This document shows, one piece after another, positions 1 to 9,003 of a stretch of DNA of 64,000 nt. Each line of letters begins with the position of its first letter. The first letter of the stretch is position 1. The notes below the pieces were generated by a model. That model did not search any database and was not told where the DNA came from. It saw only the letters and a list, made by a program, of their open reading frames with translations. Location of the stretch: positions 1 through 64,000 of the IMG/VR virus record IMGVR_UViG_3300028394_000059; one strand, written 5' to 3'. The position numbers and the translations under genes are program-made. This stretch comes from a virus.

Positions 1-243
1 GTTTGGGAGTCGCTTAATGAAGGCCATAAGCAATCAATTATTGCTCAAGGAAGCTTCTATAACTTAGACACAACTTACCAGATCAGAAATTTCTGGTCAA
101 CACGTCAACTTGGAACTAAAACTGTTGGAGTTCAAAAATTGGACGAGAATGAGAATACCGCTCAACAATCTACACAGGCTTATTCAAATGATTATATGAA
201 TTACATAGCTTCAGCTTTAGAGCAAAAATTCTCAAGAAGATAA
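1..243 (+). CDS. 3' end of probable prohead protease/scaffold (gp21/gp22-like) gene, truncated by the window edge
   Basis: Frame 1 is open from base 1 to TAA at 241-243 (VWESLNEGHKQSIIAQGSFYNLDTTYQIRNFWSTRQL...LEQKFSRR*). It lies directly upstream of the capsid gene, as T4 genes 21/22 do, and contains an SLNE|G cleavage-type motif. Confidence 0.6.
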   Translation, partial: VWESLNEGHKQSIIAQGSFYNLDTTYQIRNFWSTRQLGTKTVGVQKLDENENTAQQSTQAYSNDYMNYIASALEQKFSRR

Positions 244-270
244 AAACAAATAAAAAAAACAACTAATATC

Positions 271-1974
271 ATGAAATTGATTAACGAACAAGAAATCTAT
301 GATACCTGGTCTCCGATTATCGAGAGCAAAGCAGGAATCACTGATTCAAACAAAAAAGAGTGGTTGACTAAATATTGTCACTATCACTCATTAAACGAGT
401 CTGCCGGAGCATATAACTCATTAGGAGTTGTTAACGGTATGGGCGCAGTTTCTCCCCCATTATTCCCAGGAATGAGTTCATTTACGGGTAATGCTAATGC
501 AGGTTTTTATAACGCAGCAAACAGCGGATCTGGAGATAAATTCCCTTCATTATTACCTCTAGCAATTCAGGTTGCTGCTAAAACAATCGGTTTTGATATC
601 GTTCCAGTTATTCCTATGTCAGGTCCTACAGGTATCTTATCTTACTTAGATTACGTATACGCAGGTGGTAAAACTTCAGGTGCTACTTCAGCTACAGCTG
701 GTGACAGTTTAGCTAAAGCTCCTGCAATGATTAAATTCCCAGTTTATCAAAGTGCTGCAGGAACTGGTGTTACTGGTGCTACTGCAGGTACATTTACTGT
801 TGGTACTTCTTACACAGTTACTAATGCTGGTGTTTTAACTTTGCTCTTTGTCGGTCTTTCAAGAATTGATGGTTTCCCAATCTTTGAAATCACAAACATT
901 ACTGACGGTTATAATGTAGCTCGTATCATTAACGGAACAGCTGCACAAGTAGGTTCTACTGGATTCTACACTGGTGCTTCTTCAGTTAATTTTTCAGCTC
1001 AATTGGTTAAAGCTTTAGAAGATCATATTCAAGGTTTCTCTGGTGCTGGTTTCAATGACACGAATGATTGGCAAGGTCCTTACGTAGATGGTACTAAAAC
1101 TTACAACCCTATGTTAAGAGGAGTTGGAGAATCTACTTACTACAACTCAATGGGTCTTTCGACTTTCACTAAGTTCGTAGAAGCTGAAACTTTCCAAGTT
1201 GCTGCTTCAGTTACAACTGAGCAAATCCAAGATCTTAACAAACAATTCGGTATCGACGTTATTTCAATGATCGAGAACGCATTGGTTAATGAGGTTTCTC
1301 AAGCTATCAACAAGCACATACTTTCAAGAGCATTCGCTTTAGGTTGGTCTAATCACACAACATTCAGCAACGTAGAAAACCAAAACTTGAACTTGAACTT
1401 AATAATTAATGGTAGTGCTGGTACTACAACATCTTATATTAACAAATCTGACAGTAATGTCTCTATGCAATTACCTGCAGGTCCTGCTTCAACTAGCTAT
1501 GAGAACTTATCAACTCTACAAAGAAGATTGTTCTCTAGAATTCTTGCAGCTGGTAACGTAGTAGCTAACAGAGGTAGAAGAGGTCCAGCTAACTTCATCG
1601 TAACAAACGCTGCAGTTGCAAGTGCACTTCAAGATATCTCTCAGTTCACTTTCGCTCCATTCTCTAACACTTTAACTCAAAATAACGGTACTTTATACCC
1701 TGTAGGTTCTCTTGCTGGTATGACAGTTTATGTGGATCAGAATATGAGCTACAGCGATACAAGAGTATTAGTTGGAAGAAAAGGTGGTGATGACGAACCA
1801 GGACTTAAATTCATGCCTTACATGATGGCAGAGTCTATCCAAACTATCAGTGAGGGTACGATGAGTCCAAAAATAGCAGTAAAATCTAGATATGCTTTAG
1901 TTGAAGCTGGTATGTTACCTGAAACTATGTACTTAACATTCTTTGTTAACGTACCTACTGGTGGTTTAGCATAA
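271..1974 (+). CDS. gp23: Major capsid protein, T4 gp23-like
   Basis: gp23 motifs: VPVIPMSGPTG, TEQIQDL..QFGID, EVSQAINKHIL, RGRRGPANFIV, GSLAGMTVYVD, GLKFMPY, PKIAVKSRYAL. Codon usage looks like a highly expressed gene. SLNE|S is a putative maturation site. Confidence 0.95.
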   Translation: MKLINEQEIYDTWSPIIESKAGITDSNKKEWLTKYCHYHSLNESAGAYNSLGVVNGMGAVSPPLFPGMSSFTGNANAGFYNAANSGSGDKFPSLLPLAIQVAAKTIGFDIVPVIPMSGPTGILSYLDYVYAGGKTSGATSATAGDSLAKAPAMIKFPVYQSAAGTGVTGATAGTFTVGTSYTVTNAGVLTLLFVGLSRIDGFPIFEITNITDGYNVARIINGTAAQVGSTGFYTGASSVNFSAQLVKALEDHIQGFSGAGFNDTNDWQGPYVDGTKTYNPMLRGVGESTYYNSMGLSTFTKFVEAETFQVAASVTTEQIQDLNKQFGIDVISMIENALVNEVSQAINKHILSRAFALGWSNHTTFSNVENQNLNLNLIINGSAGTTTSYINKSDSNVSMQLPAGPASTSYENLSTLQRRLFSRILAAGNVVANRGRRGPANFIVTNAAVASALQDISQFTFAPFSNTLTQNNGTLYPVGSLAGMTVYVDQNMSYSDTRVLVGRKGGDDEPGLKFMPYMMAESIQTISEGTMSPKIAVKSRYALVEAGMLPETMYLTFFVNVPTGGLA

Positions 1975-2017
1975 GCGTAATTCAACTTTAGATTTTAATT
2001 AATTTACTGTAAATAAT

Positions 2018-2047
2018 AAAGCTCCAGTGAAACCTGGAGCTTTTTTT
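2018..2047 (+). terminator. Intrinsic terminator after the capsid gene
   Basis: AAAGCTCCAG-tgaaac-CTGGAGCTTT hairpin running into a T tract. Confidence 0.85.
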
Positions 2048-2054
2048 GATGTAT

Positions 2055-2062
2055 GATATATA
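2055..2062 (+). promoter_or_regulatory. Putative late promoter GATATATA
   Basis: Recurrent intergenic octamer, here 23 nt before ATG 2086. Confidence 0.65.
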
Positions 2063-2085
2063 CAATAAAAGATATATTTGGACAC

Positions 2086-3852
2086 ATGGAGCATTCTAAC
2101 GAATTACAATTACTGATTACTACCTTAATAACTTGCAGGGACACTGGAAGAAGTTCAACTGGGGAGTTTACTAGAATGAGAGGAAATATTACTCTCCTAT
2201 CCGAAATTAATATACTTACTGAATATCTTGATTATTTATATGATAATATAGAATTGGGTCAGAGATTATATCATCTCAGAGAAGGTATTTGTGATATTCA
2301 GTATTGTGGATGCTGCAAATCTGAGGGTCGTAGCATTGGTAGAAAATTCCACAGACTGAGCACGGGATATTTTGCAACCTGTGGTTCTAATGAATGCAAA
2401 AAGAAAACTAAAGTCGAATCATTTAAGACAACAATAGAAGAAAAATACGGGGGAAATTATTTCGGAGAAGGTTCTATAGCTAGGGAAAAATATAAATCCA
2501 CAATGCTAGAAAAATATGGTGTTGAACATAATTGGAAACCTGGTGAATTAAGAGATGTTGGCGAAACAACAATGCTTGATAGGTATGGGGTTAAGCATGC
2601 ATTATCCGATCCTGAAATGGTTAAAAAAAGAAATGCAACGTGTATTAAACGACATAATACGGTGGATTTTTTAAACTCCATAAAATCAAAAGAAACAACA
2701 TTAGCTAGATATGGAGTAAATAATGCTATGCAAAATAGTGAAGTTGCTAAGAAAGTTTCGGTGTCGTCATCAATAACAAAACAAAAGATGTTATCAGATA
2801 AGCTAGCTCCTTTTAATATAAATCTTATTGATTATAATTCTATTAGATCTAAATTTTTATGTAACAAATGTTCAACATTATTCGACAATCATCCAGTTAC
2901 CATAAATCATAAGATTAGAATAGCATCCGATCCCTGCACTAAATGTAATCCACCAAGTCTCACCTCATCGATGTCGGAGAATGAATTTTCAGATTTTATT
3001 AGCAGCATATATTCTGGACCTATTAAAAAAAATGATAGAAATCTTTTTAAGACAAATCCAAGGTTTTCTGAAGTCGATGTATATTTGCCTGAATTAGGAA
3101 TAGCTTTTGAATATAACGGTTTATACTGGCATTCTGAAATGTATAAATCCCCGACATACCATATAGAGAAAACGCAGCATCTATTAGGCAATGGCATAAA
3201 ATTATTCCATGTTTGGGAGGATGATTGGTTATATAAAAAAAATATAGTAAAATCTATGGTTTCTTCAATTCTTGGAAATTCCATTAGAATATATGCAAGA
3301 AAATGTAAAATTAATTATGTTACTTCTGCAGAGTATGTTAAATTTTCTAAGGAAAATCATTTAAAAGGTTATTCGACTGCAAGTAAAGTAATAGGTCTAT
3401 ATTATAATAATGAATTAATTTCATTAATGAGCTTTTCAAAGACACGTAAATTGATAGATTCAGGCAATAGCATATATGAATATGAATTAATAAGAAGCTG
3501 CACAAAAATGAATTATTCTGTTATTGGTGGGGCCTCCAAACTTTTTAATTTTTTTGTTAATAACATAGGTAAATCACTGGTAACTTATTGCGATGTATCA
3601 TTTTCACCAGATTTAATGGGTACTGTTTATAATAAATGTGGCATGAAATATTTGAAGCTAACTAGCCCGGGATATTATTGGGTAATAGACGGAAAGAGAT
3701 CAAATAGATTAAACTGGACAAAACAAAAATTGGTTGATGCTGGTTATTCACCAGAGAAAACTGCGGATCAGATTATGTCAGAACTTGGTGCTTATAAAAT
3801 ATGGGACTGCGGAAATCATAAATTTTCTATGATATTTAATGAAAAAATATAA
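2086..3852 (+). CDS. Free-standing homing-endonuclease-like protein: Zn-ribbon, KYG repeats, PD-(D/E)XK/Vsr-like nuclease, C-terminal Mom-like GNAT domain
   Basis: CGCC/TCGSNEC and CNKC..CTKC Cys pairs; repeated T..EKYG/RYGV units; EVDVYLPELGIAFEYNGLYWHS...FHVWEDDW nuclease motif; IYARKC..ENHLKG..YELIR..GGASKLF..TYCD..GTVY. Start moved to 2086 because ATG 2053 overlaps the promoter motif. Confidence 0.75.
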   Translation: MEHSNELQLLITTLITCRDTGRSSTGEFTRMRGNITLLSEINILTEYLDYLYDNIELGQRLYHLREGICDIQYCGCCKSEGRSIGRKFHRLSTGYFATCGSNECKKKTKVESFKTTIEEKYGGNYFGEGSIAREKYKSTMLEKYGVEHNWKPGELRDVGETTMLDRYGVKHALSDPEMVKKRNATCIKRHNTVDFLNSIKSKETTLARYGVNNAMQNSEVAKKVSVSSSITKQKMLSDKLAPFNINLIDYNSIRSKFLCNKCSTLFDNHPVTINHKIRIASDPCTKCNPPSLTSSMSENEFSDFISSIYSGPIKKNDRNLFKTNPRFSEVDVYLPELGIAFEYNGLYWHSEMYKSPTYHIEKTQHLLGNGIKLFHVWEDDWLYKKNIVKSMVSSILGNSIRIYARKCKINYVTSAEYVKFSKENHLKGYSTASKVIGLYYNNELISLMSFSKTRKLIDSGNSIYEYELIRSCTKMNYSVIGGASKLFNFFVNNIGKSLVTYCDVSFSPDLMGTVYNKCGMKYLKLTSPGYYWVIDGKRSNRLNWTKQKLVDAGYSPEKTADQIMSELGAYKIWDCGNHKFSMIFNEKI

Positions 3853-3867
3853 ATATCAAAAAAATAA

Positions 3868-3894
3868 AATACAGGTTCTGGTGGATGGTCATAA
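3868..3894 (+). pseudogene. Possible relic of a former capsid-gene 3' end (NTGSGGWS*)
   Basis: aat aca ggt tct ggt gga tgg tca taa aligns codon for codon with the capsid end aac gta cct act ggt ggt tta gca taa (NVPTGGLA*), and is followed by a terminator and GATATATA as the capsid end is. Confidence 0.45.
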
Positions 3895-3917
3895 ATACTA
3901 ATATTTCCTTTTAAATT

Positions 3918-3949
3918 AAAGTTCAAGTTTATCTAGGACTTTTTTTTTT
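3918..3949 (+). terminator. Degenerate intrinsic terminator
   Basis: AAAGTTCAAG-tttat-CTAGGACTTT imperfect stem followed by a long T run. Confidence 0.55.
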
Positions 3950-3956
3950 GTTTGAC

Positions 3957-3964
3957 GATATATA
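3957..3964 (+). promoter_or_regulatory. Putative late promoter GATATATA
   Basis: 27 nt upstream of ATG 3992. Confidence 0.65.
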
Positions 3965-3991
3965 GATAGTAAAAAAACAAATTGTGAGTAT

Positions 3992-5146
3992 ATGAAAAAT
4001 ATCCCTTCATTTAATGAATTTAAGAAATACGAGGATTTACTTGAGAAAGCCGATCGTTCTTTAGTTCAGGAGTTAGTAAATATAGAGAAAGCAGATCCGT
4101 ATCATTCGGTTAACGAAGGTCATGTTATGAATGTTCTTAAGAATACACTTTCCAAATTTTTTCTTGGATCCATGTCAAGAATATCGATGATCGACGAAGC
4201 TAGAAAAATCATATTAGATCTGGAGCTTGATATAATTGAAAAAAAGGATCAATTCGAAAAAGATATAGAAGCACTAGATACAAAAATATCTGAGCTATCT
4301 AAAATCGGTGAAAAAGAAAAGATAGTAGCATTAGAAAAGGAAAGAGAGGCAAAGGCTAGAGAAATCGAAACTTATCTTAAAGCTCAAAAATTAAAGATAA
4401 GAAAATCTAAGGAAGTTGCTAGTAAACTAGTGGACAGTAATCCTAGGAGAAGAGAATATCTTGAGGTTGGTTATTCAGAGGATGCAATAGCAATTGCTGA
4501 ACTTGAATATGAGTTAGCCAAAGATAGAGCTGAGGATCAGACCAAACTAAGAGATTATCTTGATAAAATCAAAAAGACTAAAGATGATGCTGAAGATAGA
4601 GCAAGGGATTTTAATGCTAAAACCGAAAAGGAAGCTAATAAGGACAAGGACGAAAACAGGGAAGATATCACTGTTGATCCGGAGAAGGAAAAAAGAAAAA
4701 TTGCAAGCAGAAAAGGTAAAGATTTAATCCAGAGAAAAAATGAACTCGAAAAAGAGATTGTTGATATCAGATCTGATATTGAAAGAAAATTAAGCCAATT
4801 TGAAGCCAAGGTTATAAAAAGTCCTAAAACAATCAATGGCAAGTATATTGAGGTGATCAAGATAGAACTCCTGGAGATGAGTTCAGCTCTTGACGCTAAA
4901 GAGAATTTACTGAAAGCATTTAGAGAACTTGGTAAGGGTGAGGATGAAATAACTAAAGTCCTAAGTAAAGAAAGCGATTTCACAAAACTTGCTAACAAGA
5001 TAAATCAAGGAATAGTTGATGGCGCCGATGCAAATTCTGGAACTAAAAAAATTATAAGTGATCTTTTCTCAACAATAGGATCCGGAGCTACCCCGACTGT
5101 TACTCCTCAGAATATTAAAAATGCTAAATCTAAATTAAACAAATAA
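3992..5146 (+). CDS. Coiled-coil protein, probable internal head protein
   Basis: N-terminus MKNIPSFNEFKKYE resembles the T4 capsid-targeting sequence; SVNE|G site; K/E-rich helical composition; paralogous to the next ORF. Confidence 0.6.
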   Translation: MKNIPSFNEFKKYEDLLEKADRSLVQELVNIEKADPYHSVNEGHVMNVLKNTLSKFFLGSMSRISMIDEARKIILDLELDIIEKKDQFEKDIEALDTKISELSKIGEKEKIVALEKEREAKAREIETYLKAQKLKIRKSKEVASKLVDSNPRRREYLEVGYSEDAIAIAELEYELAKDRAEDQTKLRDYLDKIKKTKDDAEDRARDFNAKTEKEANKDKDENREDITVDPEKEKRKIASRKGKDLIQRKNELEKEIVDIRSDIERKLSQFEAKVIKSPKTINGKYIEVIKIELLEMSSALDAKENLLKAFRELGKGEDEITKVLSKESDFTKLANKINQGIVDGADANSGTKKIISDLFSTIGSGATPTVTPQNIKNAKSKLNK

Positions 5147-6049
5147 ATGACACTTAAATTTAAAGAATGGGATGCTCTAAATGAGACCAATGTTTTTGAT
5201 AAGATTAAGACATGGTTTAGTAGCAATTTTGGTGGTGCAGTAAGCAAATTGGAAGGTTTACTTAGTGATTATAGATCTGCAGAGTTAGAATATGTCGATG
5301 AGTGGCAAGAAATTGCTGAAGAAATGGATAAGCTTGATCTTGAAAGAGAACAAACAAAAAGCGATCCTGCGGAGCTTAAGAAAATAGAAAGATACATTCA
5401 AAGAAATCGTGAGGTCTTAGCGAATTCAAAAAAAGCACACTCCAAGAAAATAGATTACATGATGAATGTGGTTAGAGATGTTATAAGTGACAATAGCAAA
5501 CTTAGAAATTATTGGGAAATGAATAAAGCTAGAGTTGATGCTGATGTTTCTGAAGAGATGTATAAGAGATCTAAGAATATTGCTGATCCGCTCTTTTCTG
5601 ATGGATTATATGACAAGTACAAAGCTGCTGTTTTGCTTGCAAAGAAAAAAGATACTGAATTTAGAGAAAAATATGGGGATCTTATGGGATCCGCTAAAAA
5701 GCAGGAAGTAAAATCTGCATCAAAATCAAATTCCGTGCAAGCTAATGAGGCATCCATTGATCTTTATATGACAATGTCGCTTTCCGATTTTACTGAATCT
5801 GTAGCTGATATGGAGCCAGCACAAGCTAAAGCTTTGGCATCTTCGTTGACTAAGAAAAGAAACGATCTGTATACCGAAATGGAGATGGAAAGAGAAGCTT
5901 TGAATGACGCAATCTCTAAAAAGACCGGTATAGGAGCAAACAGAGATGATGCTGCTAAGAAGATTAAAGAGATAAGAGAAAAGTATATGGAAGCTATCCG
6001 TGACTTAAGATCTAAAATAACAATAGCTAGAAGACGTGCTAATGCTTAA
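5147..6049 (+). CDS. Coiled-coil protein, probable internal head protein (paralog of 3992..5146)
   Basis: MTLKFKEWDALNE|T leader; aligns with the previous ORF (SNFGG../KFFLG.., DNSKLRNYWE/SNPRRREYLE, KKRNDL/QRKNEL). Confidence 0.6.
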   Translation: MTLKFKEWDALNETNVFDKIKTWFSSNFGGAVSKLEGLLSDYRSAELEYVDEWQEIAEEMDKLDLEREQTKSDPAELKKIERYIQRNREVLANSKKAHSKKIDYMMNVVRDVISDNSKLRNYWEMNKARVDADVSEEMYKRSKNIADPLFSDGLYDKYKAAVLLAKKKDTEFREKYGDLMGSAKKQEVKSASKSNSVQANEASIDLYMTMSLSDFTESVADMEPAQAKALASSLTKKRNDLYTEMEMEREALNDAISKKTGIGANRDDAAKKIKEIREKYMEAIRDLRSKITIARRRANA

Positions 6050-6314
6050 TTATAAACAATTCATATTAGGTGAAGCCGAAACATCGGATAACACAAAGGC
6101 TCAGACAATTAAACTCGAGCTTTCTAAAAAGTTTGATGAGATTTCTGAGGCAAAGAAATTAAAAAAAGAGGGAGATCCTAATTCGGAAATAGCTAGTATA
6201 GATAAACAATCTGCAATATACATAGAGATATCTGCACTGATGAAATCACTTTCTACTGAATTAAAAAGTAATGCAGCTAATAAAGATAGTGGCGGATCAA
6301 CCAACATATATTAA
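6042..6314 (+). CDS. Small probable internal head protein
   Basis: MLNYKQFILGE|A leader from ATG 6042, overlapping the upstream stop. Confidence 0.55.
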   Translation: MLNYKQFILGEAETSDNTKAQTIKLELSKKFDEISEAKKLKKEGDPNSEIASIDKQSAIYIEISALMKSLSTELKSNAANKDSGGSTNIY

Positions 6315-6323
6315 AAAATCAAG

Positions 6324-8879
6324 ATGATGAACAAGAACCCGTATTTAAACAATCCAGTAGCAAGATCTTTATTTGAAAGTTATAATGATATAATTTTTGA
6401 AAATGAGAAGGTTGATGCACTATTAAACAAGATATCCGATAATGCATTGGATGCTTTTAAGGTTTTAACTTTTGATCTAGCACCAGCTAGAGATAGAAAT
6501 CCGGATATCATGAGGGTTAAACTTTCTGATATTAGTAATTCAAAGAATGTTAAAGAACTAACTGCAAAATTATTGGATTATGCTGATGATAACGATTTAG
6601 TTAATCCAAAATACGCGGAAGCTAAAAGATTATATCTACAAGCTCTCGGTAAATTAGGGGATGCCCTAAATAGAGCTTCTGAGATAGCTAAGGGAAAGGA
6701 TGAGATAGTTTTAAAATCCTTCAGAATTGCTCCAATGAAGTTGCAGAATTCACTCGATAATATAGCTAAGCAAGCCGAAGAGGAGCTTAAATTAAAAAAG
6801 ACTAATGAATCATTGTTTATTGGGAATAGTTCGTTAAACGAGTCTATATTCACTGGCTACAGAGGAAGAATCGAAAATCTTAAAAAGCTTCTCACAAATC
6901 TAATAACATCATCGGAGGGTAGGGATCAGAAAAATGGTTACGGAAGAGATTGGAAAAGAACTTTCCTTGATCTTGATGAAAAAAGAAAGGTACTTGACAC
7001 GACAAGAGGTGGATTTGGAGAAAAAGACAAATCAGCATTATCTGATCTGGAAAAGCAAGTTGAAAAATTCCAGGATGATTTTAATAAATCTGTCGTGCAG
7101 GCTGCTACAAGATCTCTACAGAATTTAGAGGATGATGAAGAAGTTTACACTTCATATTCGGATGTTACTGAATTAACAAATAGTGCATTGGATCTTTTAA
7201 CCAGAGCAAAAACACAATATTCTTTAGCTGCTAAACAAATTAAGGATGATCATGAGGTTGAGGAAAATAATATGGTTAAAACTATATTCCCTTTAAAAAG
7301 GGGTGATACTGATGCTGATAAAAAAATAAAAGGAAGCGGATTAATATACGCTGTACAAAGTGCTTTAGTTAATGGTATACCATCGGCAGGAAAACTTATT
7401 AAATCTAAAGGAGGACCTAATGGTAAATATGGTCCAGCAACTAGTGCTGTTATATCAACCATTCAGAAGATGGAGGGTAATAAAAATACCAACGGCGAGC
7501 TAGATAAGACTCTTTTGGACGATATCCTTTCATCTGATTGGGTTGCTGAAAAGGATAAGAAGGCAATTGAAAAATCACTTCAGGTTGTTAGAGTTAAAGT
7601 AAACGAAAGCTTTAGTTCTGTAATGAGCATTTCAGATTTTTCTAACTCCTTGAATGAAGGTAAAATAGTTATAAATAACTCGGAATTTGAAAAAGAACTC
7701 GGTACCCAATATAAAAATGTTGCTGCTCTTTCCCCACCAGATAGTAAAAAGGGCGAGACTTACGAATCACCATCCAAAGGTGGATCATCATCGGGTGTTA
7801 AAGCTTTAGCCAAAAGTTTAAGAGAGGTTTATAATCTAAAAGTTGAAGAGGAGAATTTTGTTAAGCAAGATGGAAGCTTGAAATCTTCTTATAGTCCACA
7901 GTTTATCAAAGCGTGGAATTCAACCCTGGATGGAATAAAGAAAAATTCAGCAAAAGAGGATTATTCATATTTCTTTTTCTCTGGTGGTATCTATAATGTA
8001 AACATGTCATCCAGCTCACTAAAAAATCCATGCAACTGGAACAAATGGGCTGATGTTAGAAGCATAAAAACATTAGGTAATGATGATTCTGTAGATTTTG
8101 TTGAGAATTATCTGAAATCATGGAAAACATTTGGTATGATCAGACCTGATGCTAGATATAGCGGTATTAGATCCCTATTGAATTCTAATGCTGAAAACAG
8201 CGATCTTGATCTTGCTGGAGCTTACGAGAGAATGTCAGTATCAATAAAAAATAAAAGTATTCCATTTATCGACTATGATAATCTTAAAGGCGATGTAGCA
8301 AAAGCATTTAACCAGGCATTACAAAAGAGTGAGAAATCACCAGATTTGGGTATCGAAGAATTTGTTGCTATTAACAACTTCCTGATAATGGTTGCAAATG
8401 CTGTTTCTTTTGATGGAAGCAAATTTATAAGCTGCGTAAAATGGATACATGACAATGTATTAGGTGAGGCAACAGCAAAAAGAATAAGCGACGACAAATA
8501 TTTCACATTCAGTATGGATGATACAAATAAGGATAGCGGAAAATTATTAGGATTCGATGGATCAAGTATAGTGATAAGCAATGTTGATAAGATATGTGGA
8601 CGTAGAATTGATAAATCAGGAAGTATAACTGATGATCTTGTCGGCTTTAAATCAATTATCGCGGAGGGAAATTCAGGTTCAGCTGATGTCAGAAAGGCAC
8701 TAGGTACAAATTGCTACTATATAGCTGCTGACATATACCCTAGTATCAAGACGCATATAAAAAGAATGAATGCAACAAACTTCGATCAGGTTCCTCAATT
8801 CAAACCTTTTAAATGTGCAAACTATGATGGAGGTGAAGCTAAAGTATCTAAGCCATCCGGACCACTAGGAATTAGATAA
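6324..8879 (+). CDS. Large probable internal head protein with a peptidoglycan-binding-like domain
   Basis: Several xNE|S/G sites (KTNES, SLNES, KVNES, SLNEG); PLKRGD..IYAVQSAL..PNGKYGPATSAVISTIQ..NGELD matches the PG_binding_1 pattern. Confidence 0.55.
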   Translation: MMNKNPYLNNPVARSLFESYNDIIFENEKVDALLNKISDNALDAFKVLTFDLAPARDRNPDIMRVKLSDISNSKNVKELTAKLLDYADDNDLVNPKYAEAKRLYLQALGKLGDALNRASEIAKGKDEIVLKSFRIAPMKLQNSLDNIAKQAEEELKLKKTNESLFIGNSSLNESIFTGYRGRIENLKKLLTNLITSSEGRDQKNGYGRDWKRTFLDLDEKRKVLDTTRGGFGEKDKSALSDLEKQVEKFQDDFNKSVVQAATRSLQNLEDDEEVYTSYSDVTELTNSALDLLTRAKTQYSLAAKQIKDDHEVEENNMVKTIFPLKRGDTDADKKIKGSGLIYAVQSALVNGIPSAGKLIKSKGGPNGKYGPATSAVISTIQKMEGNKNTNGELDKTLLDDILSSDWVAEKDKKAIEKSLQVVRVKVNESFSSVMSISDFSNSLNEGKIVINNSEFEKELGTQYKNVAALSPPDSKKGETYESPSKGGSSSGVKALAKSLREVYNLKVEEENFVKQDGSLKSSYSPQFIKAWNSTLDGIKKNSAKEDYSYFFFSGGIYNVNMSSSSLKNPCNWNKWADVRSIKTLGNDDSVDFVENYLKSWKTFGMIRPDARYSGIRSLLNSNAENSDLDLAGAYERMSVSIKNKSIPFIDYDNLKGDVAKAFNQALQKSEKSPDLGIEEFVAINNFLIMVANAVSFDGSKFISCVKWIHDNVLGEATAKRISDDKYFTFSMDDTNKDSGKLLGFDGSSIVISNVDKICGRRIDKSGSITDDLVGFKSIIAEGNSGSADVRKALGTNCYYIAADIYPSIKTHIKRMNATNFDQVPQFKPFKCANYDGGEAKVSKPSGPLGIR

Positions 8880-8900
8880 TAATATACAATGTAAATTGCT

Positions 8901-8928
8901 AAGAGGATCTGAAAAGATCCTCTTTTTT
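8901..8928 (+). terminator. Intrinsic terminator
   Basis: AAGAGGATCT-gaaa-AGATCCTCTT followed by a T tract. Confidence 0.85.
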
Positions 8929-9003
8929 GTTTTTATTAATCGCGATCTTTTATTACTTTTGTACCTGTAATGAAAACAAAATCTAATAATTGATATAATT
9001 TAT

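Noticed and set aside
622-633. GPTG in the capsid PMSGPTG motif as a G-x-T-G site
   Set aside because: This is a conserved gp23 family motif and is not evidence for the lineage-specific sequon.
2053-2085. ORF-track start at 2053 (likewise 12836 and 46293)
   Set aside because: These extensions overlap the GATATATA motif or divergent genes. Downstream ATGs at 2086, 12941 and 46215 fit better.
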